This document shows positions 1 through 10,112 of a stretch of 64,000 nt of DNA, in pieces. The DNA comes from a bacterium (GTDB lineage Bacteria > Zhuqueibacterota > Zhuqueibacteria > Residuimicrobiales > Krinioviventaceae): NCBI GenBank assembly GCA_963675755.2, contig CAXXMD010000003.1:1760001-1824000 (forward strand), read 5' to 3'. Under the pieces are notes generated by a model. The model had not been told where the DNA came from. It made no database searches and was given only the letters and a program-made list of their open reading frames with translations. The translations under genes were made by a program, and so were the position numbers. Position 1 is the first letter of the stretch. Each line of letters opens with the position of its first letter.

Positions 1-2458
1 ACAATATAAACTTGCGCTGTCTCTTTTTACAGAAGCTCTGGATAAATTCAGATCCATTGAAAACCATGAAGGTGAGGCACAGTGCCTGCGAGATATTGGG
101 CGGGTTAATTTCTTTTATCTTGATAATTATTATGATGCATTGGTTGTTCAACGCGAGGCTTTGGATATTTTCAAAACTTTGGGTATAACCCAGGATTTTG
201 TGGATGCATTGCACAATCTGGGTAACACCAATGAAAAAATGGCCAACTATAAGCGTGCTCTTGCTTATCAACAGCAGGCACTTGAATACGCTATCCAGCT
301 TGATGATGTGAGATTGCAGGGATTGTCACGACAGTACCTGGCAAATGTTTACTGGAAAATGGGCAGCTACCAGAGTGCGCTTGAACAGCAGGAACAGGCA
401 CTCGCTATATTTGAATCTTTGCAGGACAATAAATTGTTACAGGTAGCCAATGCTACCCGTGGATTGATTGCGCTTAGTTTTGGTGATCCCGAAAAAGCGC
501 AGACATTTGAACTCAAAGCCCTTGAGCTGGCTACTGCGCTTGGTGACCGCAAAGACGAAGCAACCATTTACAAAAATATTGGAATGATACAGCGCGCGCA
601 GGGCAGAGATGACCTGGCATTGTCCAGCTTTGAGCAAGCCGCAGAGATTGATTCGTTAATCAATTCCAAGCGGGGTATGGCTTATGATCTTCGTAATATT
701 GCATCCATACAGATTGGGATGAATGTCAATTCGCCATCTCGGCAGCATTTGAATCGATCCTTACAAATTTCTCAAGACATTCAGGACTGGCGCAATACCA
801 CACAATGTTATCTTGAACTGGGTCGTCTGGAAATGCTGGACCAACGGCCAGACAGCGCTCGGGTCTTTTTTGGAAAATCAGCAGAGCTTGCTGAAAATTT
901 ATACATGCCCGAAATCCAATGGCGTGCGCATAAATATCTGGCAGAAACCTGGCAAGGTGTCAATGCGGATAGTGTTTCTGCACAATATTACAAAGCTATT
1001 GATGTTATAGAATCCATGCGAGCAATGATCAAAGTGGAAGAATTTGCTTCGGGTTTTGTGGATGATAAACTGGATGTATACGGAGCGTTGATTGACCTGC
1101 ATCTTGAACAGGGACAGGTGGAAAAAGCGTTTGATCTGGTAGAACGATCCAAAAGCCGCAGTTTTCTGGATATGCTGGGAAGTAAAGAAATTGCATTTAA
1201 TACTCAAAACCGTGATCTGTTGGCAAAAGAAGACAGCCTGGATACAAAGTTAAAAGAAACCCAAACCCGGTTGTTTTATCTTCGCTCTAAAAATGACAGC
1301 CTGGTAAAGGATGAAAAGATCCAGCTTGAGGGTCTGGTTAAACAGATTGAACAGGAGCGCGATTCTTTATTGGTTCGCTTGCAACAGAGCGATCCCGAGT
1401 TGTCTGATATGCTGTCTGTAAATCCTTTGACGGTTGAACAGTTGAAAGAAAAACTGCCTGCACGTACAGGTGTTCTGGAATTTTATCTTTATAAAGACCA
1501 TCTCTATTCGTGGTTGTTGACACGAGTTGGGATTGATTACCGCAAGGTTGAAATTGATCCTGTCCAATTTGAAAAGGATGTCTTTGAATTGCGTCAGGTT
1601 CTTGACAGGCAATTGTCTGTAACAAACTGGTCTCAATCTTTATATGAAAAACTTGTAGGTCCCTGGGATTCTGAACTTTACAAGGTAGACCATCTGGTTT
1701 TGATTCCTCAGGGCAGTCTGCATTATCTGCCGTTTGCCGTTCTGCAGAACAAAGACCAGGTATATTTTGGATTGTCGCACTCGCTTTCTATTGCACCCAG
1801 TGCAACTGTAATGGCGTATTGTCTGGAAAAGGGTGATTCTTTGCGCACAACGAACAAAGACAGCATGAGTGTTCTTGCGTTTGGGAACCCGGATCTTGGT
1901 AGTAAAAAATGGGACTTGCCCTTTGCTTCTCGCGAAGTAAACAGTTTAAACCGCTATTTCACTCATGTGAATATGCTTTTAAATAAACGTGCTACGGAAA
2001 CCAATTTGTATTCTTTATCAGAATATCCACCCATTATGGTTTTCAGTTGTCACGGAGAATACGATGACGCGAATCCGCTCTTGTCTGCGTTGCTGTTATC
2101 ACCCGATTCCACCAATGACGGCAAGCTTGAAGCAGAAGAGATTTTCTCGCTTGATCTGAATGCGTATATCGTGGCCATGAGTGCCTGTGAAACTGGTCTG
2201 GGTACTATTCGTGGTGGAGATGAAGTGGTAGGCCTTTCACGCAGTTTTATATATGCGGGTACTTCTTCACTGCTAAGTAGTTTATGGAAAGTGGATGATC
2301 TGGCCACTGCGGTACTTTTAAAACGATTTTTCCGGTATCTGTCAGAAGGCAAATCCCGGGCTGATGCATTACGCATGGCGCAAAAAATTGTTCATGATGA
2401 GATCAATCCTTATCCGTCCTTTTGGGCAGCATTCACCCTTACAGGTGACTGGCGTTAA
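1..2458 (+). CDS. TPR-repeat + CHAT (caspase-like) domain protein, 5'-truncated by window edge
   Basis: Frame is open from base 2. It has multiple TPR-like helical repeats (ALHNLG, YLANVY, IYKNIG), a coiled coil, then CHAT motifs LHYLPF, FSCHG and MSACETG with the His/Cys dyad intact, and the C-terminal WAAF. Confidence 0.9.
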   Translation, partial: QYKLALSLFTEALDKFRSIENHEGEAQCLRDIGRVNFFYLDNYYDALVVQREALDIFKTLGITQDFVDALHNLGNTNEKMANYKRALAYQQQALEYAIQLDDVRLQGLSRQYLANVYWKMGSYQSALEQQEQALAIFESLQDNKLLQVANATRGLIALSFGDPEKAQTFELKALELATALGDRKDEATIYKNIGMIQRAQGRDDLALSSFEQAAEIDSLINSKRGMAYDLRNIASIQIGMNVNSPSRQHLNRSLQISQDIQDWRNTTQCYLELGRLEMLDQRPDSARVFFGKSAELAENLYMPEIQWRAHKYLAETWQGVNADSVSAQYYKAIDVIESMRAMIKVEEFASGFVDDKLDVYGALIDLHLEQGQVEKAFDLVERSKSRSFLDMLGSKEIAFNTQNRDLLAKEDSLDTKLKETQTRLFYLRSKNDSLVKDEKIQLEGLVKQIEQERDSLLVRLQQSDPELSDMLSVNPLTVEQLKEKLPARTGVLEFYLYKDHLYSWLLTRVGIDYRKVEIDPVQFEKDVFELRQVLDRQLSVTNWSQSLYEKLVGPWDSELYKVDHLVLIPQGSLHYLPFAVLQNKDQVYFGLSHSLSIAPSATVMAYCLEKGDSLRTTNKDSMSVLAFGNPDLGSKKWDLPFASREVNSLNRYFTHVNMLLNKRATETNLYSLSEYPPIMVFSCHGEYDDANPLLSALLLSPDSTNDGKLEAEEIFSLDLNAYIVAMSACETGLGTIRGGDEVVGLSRSFIYAGTSSLLSSLWKVDDLATAVLLKRFFRYLSEGKSRADALRMAQKIVHDEINPYPSFWAAFTLTGDWR

Positions 2459-2539
2459 GTTGTATACCTTATTTCATTATAATTATTTCTGTTTGAGCAG
2501 AAACACATCAGGTTTTTTAAATTAAACGAGGGCAATAGT

Positions 2540-3652
2540 ATGGAGCATCGATTGTCGGGTATTCCCCAGGGGCGCATTTTATCATTAGATGTTTTGCGTG
2601 GTTTTGATATGTTTTGGATTATTGGCGGGGCATCATTATTGGGCAATTTTTTTAAATTATTCAACACTCCATTTACAGATTCGCTTGTCAGGCAGTTTGA
2701 GCATACGGAATGGAATGGATTCACTTTTTACGACCAGATTTTCCCCATGTTTTTGTTTATAGTGGGTACCAGTATGGCTATTGCTTTGGGGCGAAGAAAA
2801 CAAAAGGGACTGTCAAAAAAAGAATTGTACAAGTATGTAATTAAACGTTTTCTGTTATTGTTGTTTTTAGGCTTTGTTTTTAATGGATTGTTTGATTTCA
2901 ATTTTAGCAATTTTAGATATGCCGGAGTGCTGCAGCGCATTGCATTTAGTTATTTGTTTGCATCAATCATTTTTATCCATACCTCAAAAAAAGTACAATA
3001 TGGTATAGCTGCTTTTATATTGCTGGCCTATTGGGCAATGATGATGCTAATTCCGGTACCCGGATTTGGTGCGGGACAGCTTACTCCTGAAGCCAACCTG
3101 GCGGGATACATAGATCGAATGCTTTTACCGGGAAGATTTTGCTGTTACACTTTTGGAGATAATGAGGGCATTCTTACGACACTGCCGGCAATTGTGAATA
3201 CCTTGATGGGTGTATTTGCGGGTTACTGGATGTTGTCTGCAGCATCTCAAACCAAAAAGGCACTGGGCTTGATTATAGCAGGTGTTGCTTCGTTATTGGT
3301 CGGTGGGTTATGGGGACTGGTTTTCCCAATCAACAAGTTGTTGTGGACCTCAACATATGTATTGTGGACTGTTGGCTGGAGTCTGCTGCTGCTGGCTCTG
3401 TTTTACTGGATTGTGGATATTAAAGGATGGCAGCGATGGGCGTATCCGTTTATCGTGATTGGTTTGAATCCCATAACCATCTATGTAGCACAGCGTCTGT
3501 TCAAATTTGGAGATGTGGCCCAGGTATTTATTCATGGATTTGTTGAATATCTCGGTGATTTTAAAGTGGTCTTTACCATACTCTGTGTGTTGGCAGTCAA
3601 GATTTTATTTCTACACTTTTTGCACAAGCACAAAATCTATTTACGGGCCTAG
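2540..3652 (+). CDS. Membrane acyltransferase, heparan-alpha-glucosaminide N-acetyltransferase-like (DUF5009/DUF1624)
   Basis: Motifs RILSLDVLRGF, FYDQIFPMFLF, GVLQRIA and PINKLLWTS; polytopic membrane protein; GAGG RBS. Confidence 0.85.
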   Translation: MEHRLSGIPQGRILSLDVLRGFDMFWIIGGASLLGNFFKLFNTPFTDSLVRQFEHTEWNGFTFYDQIFPMFLFIVGTSMAIALGRRKQKGLSKKELYKYVIKRFLLLLFLGFVFNGLFDFNFSNFRYAGVLQRIAFSYLFASIIFIHTSKKVQYGIAAFILLAYWAMMMLIPVPGFGAGQLTPEANLAGYIDRMLLPGRFCCYTFGDNEGILTTLPAIVNTLMGVFAGYWMLSAASQTKKALGLIIAGVASLLVGGLWGLVFPINKLLWTSTYVLWTVGWSLLLLALFYWIVDIKGWQRWAYPFIVIGLNPITIYVAQRLFKFGDVAQVFIHGFVEYLGDFKVVFTILCVLAVKILFLHFLHKHKIYLRA

Positions 3653-4227
3653 TTTTCTGTGTTGCGTTTAAATAAAAACGCATCCTGTGAAAAAGCGTGT
3701 TTGTAAGAAATTGTTGTGAATCCGGATTCATGAGCCAGTGATTGAATTGCTGCAACTGACCTTGCATGGATCCGGTTTACTCCCACACTTCGCAAAAAGG
3801 TGAACCAGCTTGGAGGAGAGCTGGTGAGCAGTAGATATCCACCAGGTAACAGGCATCGTTTACATTCAATGAACAACAGGGGCAGGTCTTTAATATATTC
3901 AGATAAACCAATAACGGTTACAAATGAAATTGAATTGCTGCACACGGCCTGGTGCAGTGCGTCTGAAGCTATTACAGAATGATTTTTTTGGTGGCTTTTT
4001 TGTACCATCGAGATGCTCTTGTCAGAGCCCAGTTTGAAAAGCGGTTCAGGCAGCAGCTCCATCGAGTCTCCGCTGCCGCATGCCATGTCGAGTCCCCAAC
4101 CCGACAGCTCGGGTACTCGTTTTATCAACTGTTGAATTTGTCGCAGCTCATTGGTGTGGATTTGGTTCAAGGGCCATGGACTGCGGAACCATTTATAAAG
4201 CGGAGCTTTCAGGTCCCACAGGTTCAT
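3649..4227 (-). CDS. Class I SAM-dependent methyltransferase
   Basis: Motif I LDMACGSG and late motif LLPGGYLLL; start overlaps the PNP stop (ATGA). Confidence 0.75.
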   Translation of the reverse strand: MNLWDLKAPLYKWFRSPWPLNQIHTNELRQIQQLIKRVPELSGWGLDMACGSGDSMELLPEPLFKLGSDKSISMVQKSHQKNHSVIASDALHQAVCSNSISFVTVIGLSEYIKDLPLLFIECKRCLLPGGYLLLTSSPPSWFTFLRSVGVNRIHARSVAAIQSLAHESGFTTISYKHAFSQDAFLFKRNTEN

Positions 4228-5048
4228 GATCCAATTTCTTGTGCAAATGCGGTTAGCAGTCTGCTAAGTTTTTCTCCGGCCTTGTCTGCCATTTCTGTTA
4301 CTTCCGAGTGAGTCAGTTTGTTTTTTGCCAGTCCGGTAGCCAGGTTGGTAATAATGGAAATACCCAATACATTCATGTGGCGTTGATTGGCTACAATGAC
4401 TTCAGGGACTGTAGACATGGATACCGCGTCACCACCCATCATTCTCAACATTCTGACTTCTGCGGCTGTTTCATAGTTGGGCCCGGTTACCCAGCAAAAC
4501 ACACCTTTTTGCAAGGTGATATTTTCACGTTCGGCAACGGTCTCAAGGGTATGACGTAATTCCAGGTTATAAGCTTCGGTCATATCCGGGAAACGGGGGC
4601 CCAGCAGATTGTCTGGCTTGCCAATAAGCGGATTTCCAAAACCAAAGTTGATGTGGTCTGTTATCAGCATCAAGTCTCCCGGAGTAAAGTCCGGATTCAA
4701 TCCACCACTTGCGGTTGTCAATACCAGATTTTTTACACCCATGCTTGCCATGAGTTGTACCGGGTAGGTTACCTGCTTTAATGTATAGCCTTCATAACGA
4801 TGGACCCTGCCCTGAACCGCAAGCACACGGGTGCCGTTGATATTTCCAATCACCCATTGCCCCTTGTGGCCCGGAACCGTAGATACCGGATAATGGGGGA
4901 TTGACTCGGTTTTTATGGTCACCGTGTCTTTGAGCGTATCTGCGTAACCACCCAGGCCTGAACCCAGCACAATGGCGGTTTCAGGCATTTCAGGAATGAG
5001 CGGTTCAAGATATTCGATAGATTTTTGAATTTTCTTTTTTAATTTCAT
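4224..5048 (-). CDS. punA: Purine-nucleoside phosphorylase (trimeric PNP I family)
   Basis: Motifs IVLGSGLG, GRVHRYEG, GPNYETAAE, MSTVPE and ITNLA. Confidence 0.93.
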   Translation of the reverse strand: MKLKKKIQKSIEYLEPLIPEMPETAIVLGSGLGGYADTLKDTVTIKTESIPHYPVSTVPGHKGQWVIGNINGTRVLAVQGRVHRYEGYTLKQVTYPVQLMASMGVKNLVLTTASGGLNPDFTPGDLMLITDHINFGFGNPLIGKPDNLLGPRFPDMTEAYNLELRHTLETVAERENITLQKGVFCWVTGPNYETAAEVRMLRMMGGDAVSMSTVPEVIVANQRHMNVLGISIITNLATGLAKNKLTHSEVTEMADKAGEKLSRLLTAFAQEIGS

Positions 5049-5049
5049 A

Positions 5050-6633
5050 CTAGATCAATAATCCTGCTATGGTTGCTGTCAACCATGAAGCAAGTGCGCC
5101 ACCAGCCATGGCCCGAAGTGCAACACGTGACAAGTCTGATCTTCTTGACGGAACCAGCGCGCTGATTCCACCGATTTGTATACCAATAGACGACAGGTTT
5201 GCAAAACCACACAGGGCATACGTGGCGATGGTGATGGAACGTAAAGAAATATCACCCGCTTTAATGTGGTTTGCAAGTTCGGCATAACCTACAAACTCGT
5301 TAACGGCAACTTTGATACCCATCAGGTTACCAACATCCATGGCTTCTTTCCAGGGGACACCCATAACAAATGCAAGGGGCGAAAAGATGGTACCCAAAAG
5401 CGTTTTCAAGCTGCCAGGGAAAATGCCCTGGTACTCGCCGCGTGCTTCATTAAGTACTCCGCCCAACAGTCTGTAATCAATCAACTTGTCAAAGTAGCCG
5501 AAAATAGAATCAATCATTGCTACCAGTGCTAAAAAGGCCAGCAGCATGGCGCCAACATTCACGGCAAGTTTAAGTCCGTCAGTCACTCCCTGTGTTGTGG
5601 CGTCCAACAGGTTATCTGCTGATTTGATTTTGGGTATTTCAACATCACCTGCAGTTTTCGAGTGTTTTGTTTCAGGCAGCAATACCTTGGCAATGGCAAG
5701 CGCTGCCGGAGCTGACATAACGCTGGCAGCAATAAGATGCCCGGCGTTTACGCCCAATCGGATATAACCGGCCAGTACACCACCGGCGATTGTTGCAAAT
5801 CCGCCAACCATAATGGCGTGAAGTTCGGATTCGGTCATGTCTTCAATAAAGGGTTTGATTAAAAAAGGTGCCTCGGTCTGGCCTACAAAAATATTTGCAG
5901 AACAGGACAGTGTCTCCGCACCGGAAGTGCCCATGGTCCAGCGCATAAAGCGCGCCATAACCTGAACAACCGCCTGCATCACTCCAAGATAATAGAGAAT
6001 GGACATGACAGCCGAGAAAAAGATAATTGTAGGCAATACAGAAAATGCAAACTGGAAACCAAAGGTGCCAAAGTATTCGGGATTAGCCAAGTTGCCAAAC
6101 AGGAACAAGCTGCCCACATCGGTCAGTTTTAAAAATTCGGCAACACCATTTGATAATGAGGCAAACAGGTCTTTGCCCACAATGTTGCGTTGTAAAAAGA
6201 TACCCAATGCCAGGAATTGTATACTGCCATAGATGTACTTGTTATTACTGCCTTTTTTTACCAGTTTCAAAACAACCATGGCCAGTACAAGAATACCTAC
6301 CAGATACCCACCAAAACCGGGTTTATCAATCAAGTAACCGGCAAATGTTATAACCAGGGATGCGGCAATCATTGCCAACAGTTTACCGGCATTGGCTAAA
6401 AGTCCGTCTTTTAAGCGAATGTGACTCTCAAAAATATAGAGCAGAATAAGACTAAAGAAAACATACATACCAATCCATGAGAGGTATGATTTGCTGAGGA
6501 TGATTGTTGCAAAAAGAAACTGGAGACCTAATCCCCATGCAACAATTCTGAATTTTACGGCAGAGCGGGATTTTGAAAAGATATAAGCCAACCCAACCAG
6601 TACCACAATACCAAGTATTCCGATGAATCTCAT
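5050..6633 (-). CDS. nupC: Concentrative nucleoside transporter (NupC/CNT family)
   Basis: Motifs VLPTIIFF, NIFVGQTEAP, GFATIAGG, NEFVGY and LCGFANLSSIGIQIGG. Confidence 0.92.
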   Translation of the reverse strand: MRFIGILGIVVLVGLAYIFSKSRSAVKFRIVAWGLGLQFLFATIILSKSYLSWIGMYVFFSLILLYIFESHIRLKDGLLANAGKLLAMIAASLVITFAGYLIDKPGFGGYLVGILVLAMVVLKLVKKGSNNKYIYGSIQFLALGIFLQRNIVGKDLFASLSNGVAEFLKLTDVGSLFLFGNLANPEYFGTFGFQFAFSVLPTIIFFSAVMSILYYLGVMQAVVQVMARFMRWTMGTSGAETLSCSANIFVGQTEAPFLIKPFIEDMTESELHAIMVGGFATIAGGVLAGYIRLGVNAGHLIAASVMSAPAALAIAKVLLPETKHSKTAGDVEIPKIKSADNLLDATTQGVTDGLKLAVNVGAMLLAFLALVAMIDSIFGYFDKLIDYRLLGGVLNEARGEYQGIFPGSLKTLLGTIFSPLAFVMGVPWKEAMDVGNLMGIKVAVNEFVGYAELANHIKAGDISLRSITIATYALCGFANLSSIGIQIGGISALVPSRRSDLSRVALRAMAGGALASWLTATIAGLLI

Positions 6634-6645
6634 AAAGAATCCTTT

Positions 6646-7224
6646 TTAATTATCCGGTTTATGTTCAGTGAAAACAGTATGGCAGAATCTGCAACGTGCT
6701 TCATAAATATCGCCAGAACCAACAACAACACGATGAGAGTCGTTGCTGAGACGCTGGGTACGATTTGCGGGACGTCCGCATTGTACACAAATGGCAAGGG
6801 TTTTTGTGATATATTCCGCAATAGCCAGCAATTGAGGTATGGGTTCAAAGGGCACGCCTCTATAGTCCTGGTCCAGCCCTGCTACAATGACCCGTTTACC
6901 ACGGTTTGCCAGTTCCTGACAAACGTCTACCAGATCCATATCAAAAAATTGTGCTTCGTCAATACCTACAACGGTAGCTTTTAATGCCTGATCCAAAATA
7001 TCAGCAGCAGAAGTAACAGATGTTGAAGGTATTTTCTGTTCACTGTGCGAAACAATATGATTAGAAGAATATCTGTCATCAATTTCAGGCTTGAAAATAG
7101 AGACGTTTAATTTAGCGATCTGCGCGCGTTTCAGTCTTCGTATCAGTTCTTCGGATTTGCCGCTAAACATGCTTCCGCATATAACTTCTATCCAGCCCGA
7201 ACCTTTGGGTGCAACGTTATACAT
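6646..7224 (-). CDS. tdk: Thymidine kinase
   Basis: P-loop [15 protein letters not shown], and zinc ligands CVQC and RCRFC. Confidence 0.95.
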   Translation of the reverse strand: MYNVAPKGSGWIEVICGSMFSGKSEELIRRLKRAQIAKLNVSIFKPEIDDRYSSNHIVSHSEQKIPSTSVTSAADILDQALKATVVGIDEAQFFDMDLVDVCQELANRGKRVIVAGLDQDYRGVPFEPIPQLLAIAEYITKTLAICVQCGRPANRTQRLSNDSHRVVVGSGDIYEARCRFCHTVFTEHKPDN

Positions 7225-7245
7225 GTTCTTACCCCGTTGTTTGAA

Positions 7246-7461
7246 TTATTTTCTAAAAATCCATAAAACTAGAGTGATCAATACCGAGATCAATATGCTG
7301 GTAACAATGGGAAAATATAAAGTAGTATTGCCTTTTTTGTAAATAATGTCGCCCGGCAGTTTTCCCAGTTGGATGCCTAGTTTTTGAAACAAGGTAATCA
7401 CAATACCTGCAATGACCAAAAAGATACCAGCAGAAATTAACAATTTGCCAAGATCATTCAT
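7246..7461 (-). CDS. DUF2905 family small membrane protein
   Basis: Signature LGKLPGDI...YFPIVTSILIS with two TM helices. Confidence 0.85.
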   Translation of the reverse strand: MNDLGKLLISAGIFLVIAGIVITLFQKLGIQLGKLPGDIIYKKGNTTLYFPIVTSILISVLITLVLWIFRK

Positions 7462-8080
7462 AGTATTTTTTTATTTTTAATATAATTTTATCTATTTCTT
7501 CATCAGTTAATATTTCAGCATACACATTCAGGTCTGCATACTTTTTTGACGGGAGAATGTATTCAATACTCATGGGGCGTACGGTTTCCAGATATTGCTC
7601 AACAACCGACTCTGTAGTTCGTCCTCTTTCTTTTATATCTCGCTGTAATCTTCGTATAAAACAAATATCAAGAGGAGTATCTACAAAAAGTTTAAAATCA
7701 ATCATGTTACAAAGGTCTGGAATGGCGAAAAGCAGAATACCATCCAGAATAATATAGTCTGTAGGTTCTACCGTAACACAATCCTGGGTTCGATCATGAA
7801 TAGAAAAATCATATACCGGGCATTGAACAACGCTGCCTTTTTTCAATTGTTCAAGATGTTCAATGAGCATGGTTGAATCTATCGCATCGGGATGGTCATA
7901 GTTGGTATGGATTCTCTGCTCCATTGCAATATGAGACTGCTTTTTATAATAAGAGTCTTGAGAAATTATAATTGCCTTGCTGCCAAGTTCCTGTGCGATT
8001 TTTGTGGTCAGATAGGTTTTCCCGGAACCCGAGGCTCCGGAAATTCCAATAATATAAGGGGACTTATTTTTTGCTGTCAT
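7454..8080 (-). CDS. udk: Uridine kinase
   Basis: Motifs IIGISGASGSGKT, SQDSYY, NYDHPDA and RRLQRDIKERGR. Confidence 0.93.
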   Translation of the reverse strand: MTAKNKSPYIIGISGASGSGKTYLTTKIAQELGSKAIIISQDSYYKKQSHIAMEQRIHTNYDHPDAIDSTMLIEHLEQLKKGSVVQCPVYDFSIHDRTQDCVTVEPTDYIILDGILLFAIPDLCNMIDFKLFVDTPLDICFIRRLQRDIKERGRTTESVVEQYLETVRPMSIEYILPSKKYADLNVYAEILTDEEIDKIILKIKKYYE

Positions 8081-8474
8081 TCTTTAAATACTGTTTGTCA
8101 AATGGATAGGAAAACAAATCTCCCAGGGGGATGATTTGAAAGTTTTTACTGTCAGATATGAGTATAACCGGAAGGTCCGGAGCATAATCCCAAAGGACTT
8201 GTCTGCATGCACCACAGGGGGGACAAAAGTTTTTGGAATCTGAAGCAATTGCAATAGCTTCAAATTTCGTGTGGCCTTCAGACAATGCTTTGTAAAGGGC
8301 CACGCGTTCCGCGCACATGGTTAGTCCATAAGAACTGGATTCTACATTACAGCCGGTAACAACCTCGCCGCTTGAGGTTAATAATGCGGCACCTACTCTG
8401 AAACCCGAGTGTGGGGCCTGGGCAAATTTACGGCTATCAAGGGCTTTGTTTATCAAGTCATCATAATTTATCAT
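8064..8474 (-). CDS. cdd: Cytidine deaminase (homotetrameric type)
   Basis: Motifs GCNVE, CAERVA and PCGACRQ (zinc site). Confidence 0.94.
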   Translation of the reverse strand: MINYDDLINKALDSRKFAQAPHSGFRVGAALLTSSGEVVTGCNVESSSYGLTMCAERVALYKALSEGHTKFEAIAIASDSKNFCPPCGACRQVLWDYAPDLPVILISDSKNFQIIPLGDLFSYPFDKQYLKNDSKK

Positions 8475-8486
8475 AAGTCAAATCCT

Positions 8487-8514
8487 AAAAAAAATCCGAG
8501 GGGGCACCTCGGAT
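8487..8514 (-). terminator. Intrinsic terminator-like hairpin downstream of ssb
   Basis: ATCCGAGG/CCTCGGAT stem (8494-8514) with an A run that reads as a U-tract on the minus strand. Confidence 0.65.
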
Positions 8515-8549
8515 GTGTATAATTACAACGTGATTTAACTACCCTTTTG

Positions 8550-8996
8550 TTAGAACGGAAGATCATCTGAATCTGAACCGGAATCGTCAAATGCAGGTTC
8601 TTGTGGTAAGGGTGGTCCTTCGGAAGACTCTGATGAGCCGCCACCGGAACCTCTTGAATCCAGGAGCTGCATATTATCTGCCTGAATTTCCGTTGTGTAG
8701 CGTTTATTTCCGTCCTTGTCTTCCCATGAACGGGTTACCAATCTCCCCTCAACGTATACACGGGTCCCTTTTTTGGCATACTGCTCCATAATTTCAGCCA
8801 GTTTTCTCCAAACAACAACACGGTGCCATTCGGTATTTTCATTCTGACTACCGTCCTGACCTCTCCAGGACGTGTTGGTCGCTACGGATAATGTTGCCAC
8901 TGCGGCTCCGGAAGGAGTATATTTCAATTCCGGATCCTGCCCCAATCGGCCAATCAGCATTACTTTGTTCAATGTTCCTTTGCTGTCAAAAGCCAT
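8550..8996 (-). CDS. ssb: Single-stranded DNA-binding protein
   Basis: [22 protein letters not shown], and acidic C-terminus DDLPF. Confidence 0.97.
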   Translation of the reverse strand: MAFDSKGTLNKVMLIGRLGQDPELKYTPSGAAVATLSVATNTSWRGQDGSQNENTEWHRVVVWRKLAEIMEQYAKKGTRVYVEGRLVTRSWEDKDGNKRYTTEIQADNMQLLDSRGSGGGSSESSEGPPLPQEPAFDDSGSDSDDLPF

Positions 8997-9140
8997 TTGA
9001 ACCCTTTCTTGTTAATTTACAAGTAACAAAATTTCAAGAATAATCTTATGAATTATTTGCAAAAGAATCAAGGGGTTTTTTAGGCTTTTAATTTTCAAAG
9101 AAGATCGTTATTTTACATTGCTGATTTTTATAGAGGAATA

Positions 9141-10112
9141 GTGAACATGTTGAAAACAAAATTAATGGATTTAAATATAAATGGGATCAACCAAAAGGAT
9201 GAAACCTATAATCTTGAACAGTTGATAAATGTGAAAGAGCTTGAAAGCAATATCTGTAAAACAGGATTTGTTGCTCCGGTTTTGGTAGAAATAACCCAAT
9301 CAGGATTTAGACTGTTATATGGTTTTGCAAGAGTTAAGGCCATGCTTGCGATTGGTGAGACTATAATCCCGGCAATTGTTTTAGAACAGCAGCTTTCGTT
9401 TCAACAGGCATTTGCTCTGGCACTGCAAGACCGTATGGATAGAGGACCTGTAAATCCTGTTGAGGTTTCGGTCATTATTCAACGACTGGAGTCGGGAGGC
9501 GTTGATAAAAATGAAATTGTTAAACACTTTTTACCGGAAATGGGATACGGAAGAAATCCCAAAGTGTATGAATTACATAAAGATCTTTATATGCTTGAAG
9601 AATCATGGCAGCAAATGTTAATTGATGACCAGTTATCTTTGGATATGGCCGCAGAGATTGTATCTGTTGAGCCGGATATTAGAAATGCTTTTTTGGGCTT
9701 TATTAAAGAATTACGTATTGGTAAAAATCGTCAAAAAGAGTTTTGGGCCCTGGTGCAGGATATTGCAAGAATGGAAAATGTTGCTATATCAGATTTTCTT
9801 CAGGAAGCTGAAATTCAGAATATTGTTACGGACGAACTGCTTGCGCCCGCGCAAAAATCTGATCGTATAAAACAATTGTTCTGGCAAAAAAGATACCCGC
9901 AATACAGTGAAACAGAGAGTCGCTTTAAAGAGATTTTAAAAACTGTCAAATTACCACCCGAGTTGTTAATTCAGCATCCACCTTTTTTTGATGGTGACAG
10001 ATACACAATTTTGTTGAATGTTTCATCGGCAGAGGAATTTCAACAGCATCTGGAGCGGTTACAGGAATTAAATGATAAAGACATTATAAGAAAATTGATT
10101 GAATTGGTATGA
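9141..10112 (+). CDS. ParB/Srx-like N-terminal domain protein
   Basis: N-terminal ParB-like boxes (SNICKTGFVAPV, LLYGFARVKA with a degenerate GERR patch) followed by a helical region; stop overlaps the next start (ATGA). Confidence 0.6.
   Translation: MNMLKTKLMDLNINGINQKDETYNLEQLINVKELESNICKTGFVAPVLVEITQSGFRLLYGFARVKAMLAIGETIIPAIVLEQQLSFQQAFALALQDRMDRGPVNPVEVSVIIQRLESGGVDKNEIVKHFLPEMGYGRNPKVYELHKDLYMLEESWQQMLIDDQLSLDMAAEIVSVEPDIRNAFLGFIKELRIGKNRQKEFWALVQDIARMENVAISDFLQEAEIQNIVTDELLAPAQKSDRIKQLFWQKRYPQYSETESRFKEILKTVKLPPELLIQHPPFFDGDRYTILLNVSSAEEFQQHLERLQELNDKDIIRKLIELV

Noticed and set aside
9141-10112. Canonical chromosome-partitioning parB/parS locus
   Set aside because: No parA neighbour, a degenerate arginine patch, and no parS palindrome (TGTTTCACGTGAAACA) noticed.
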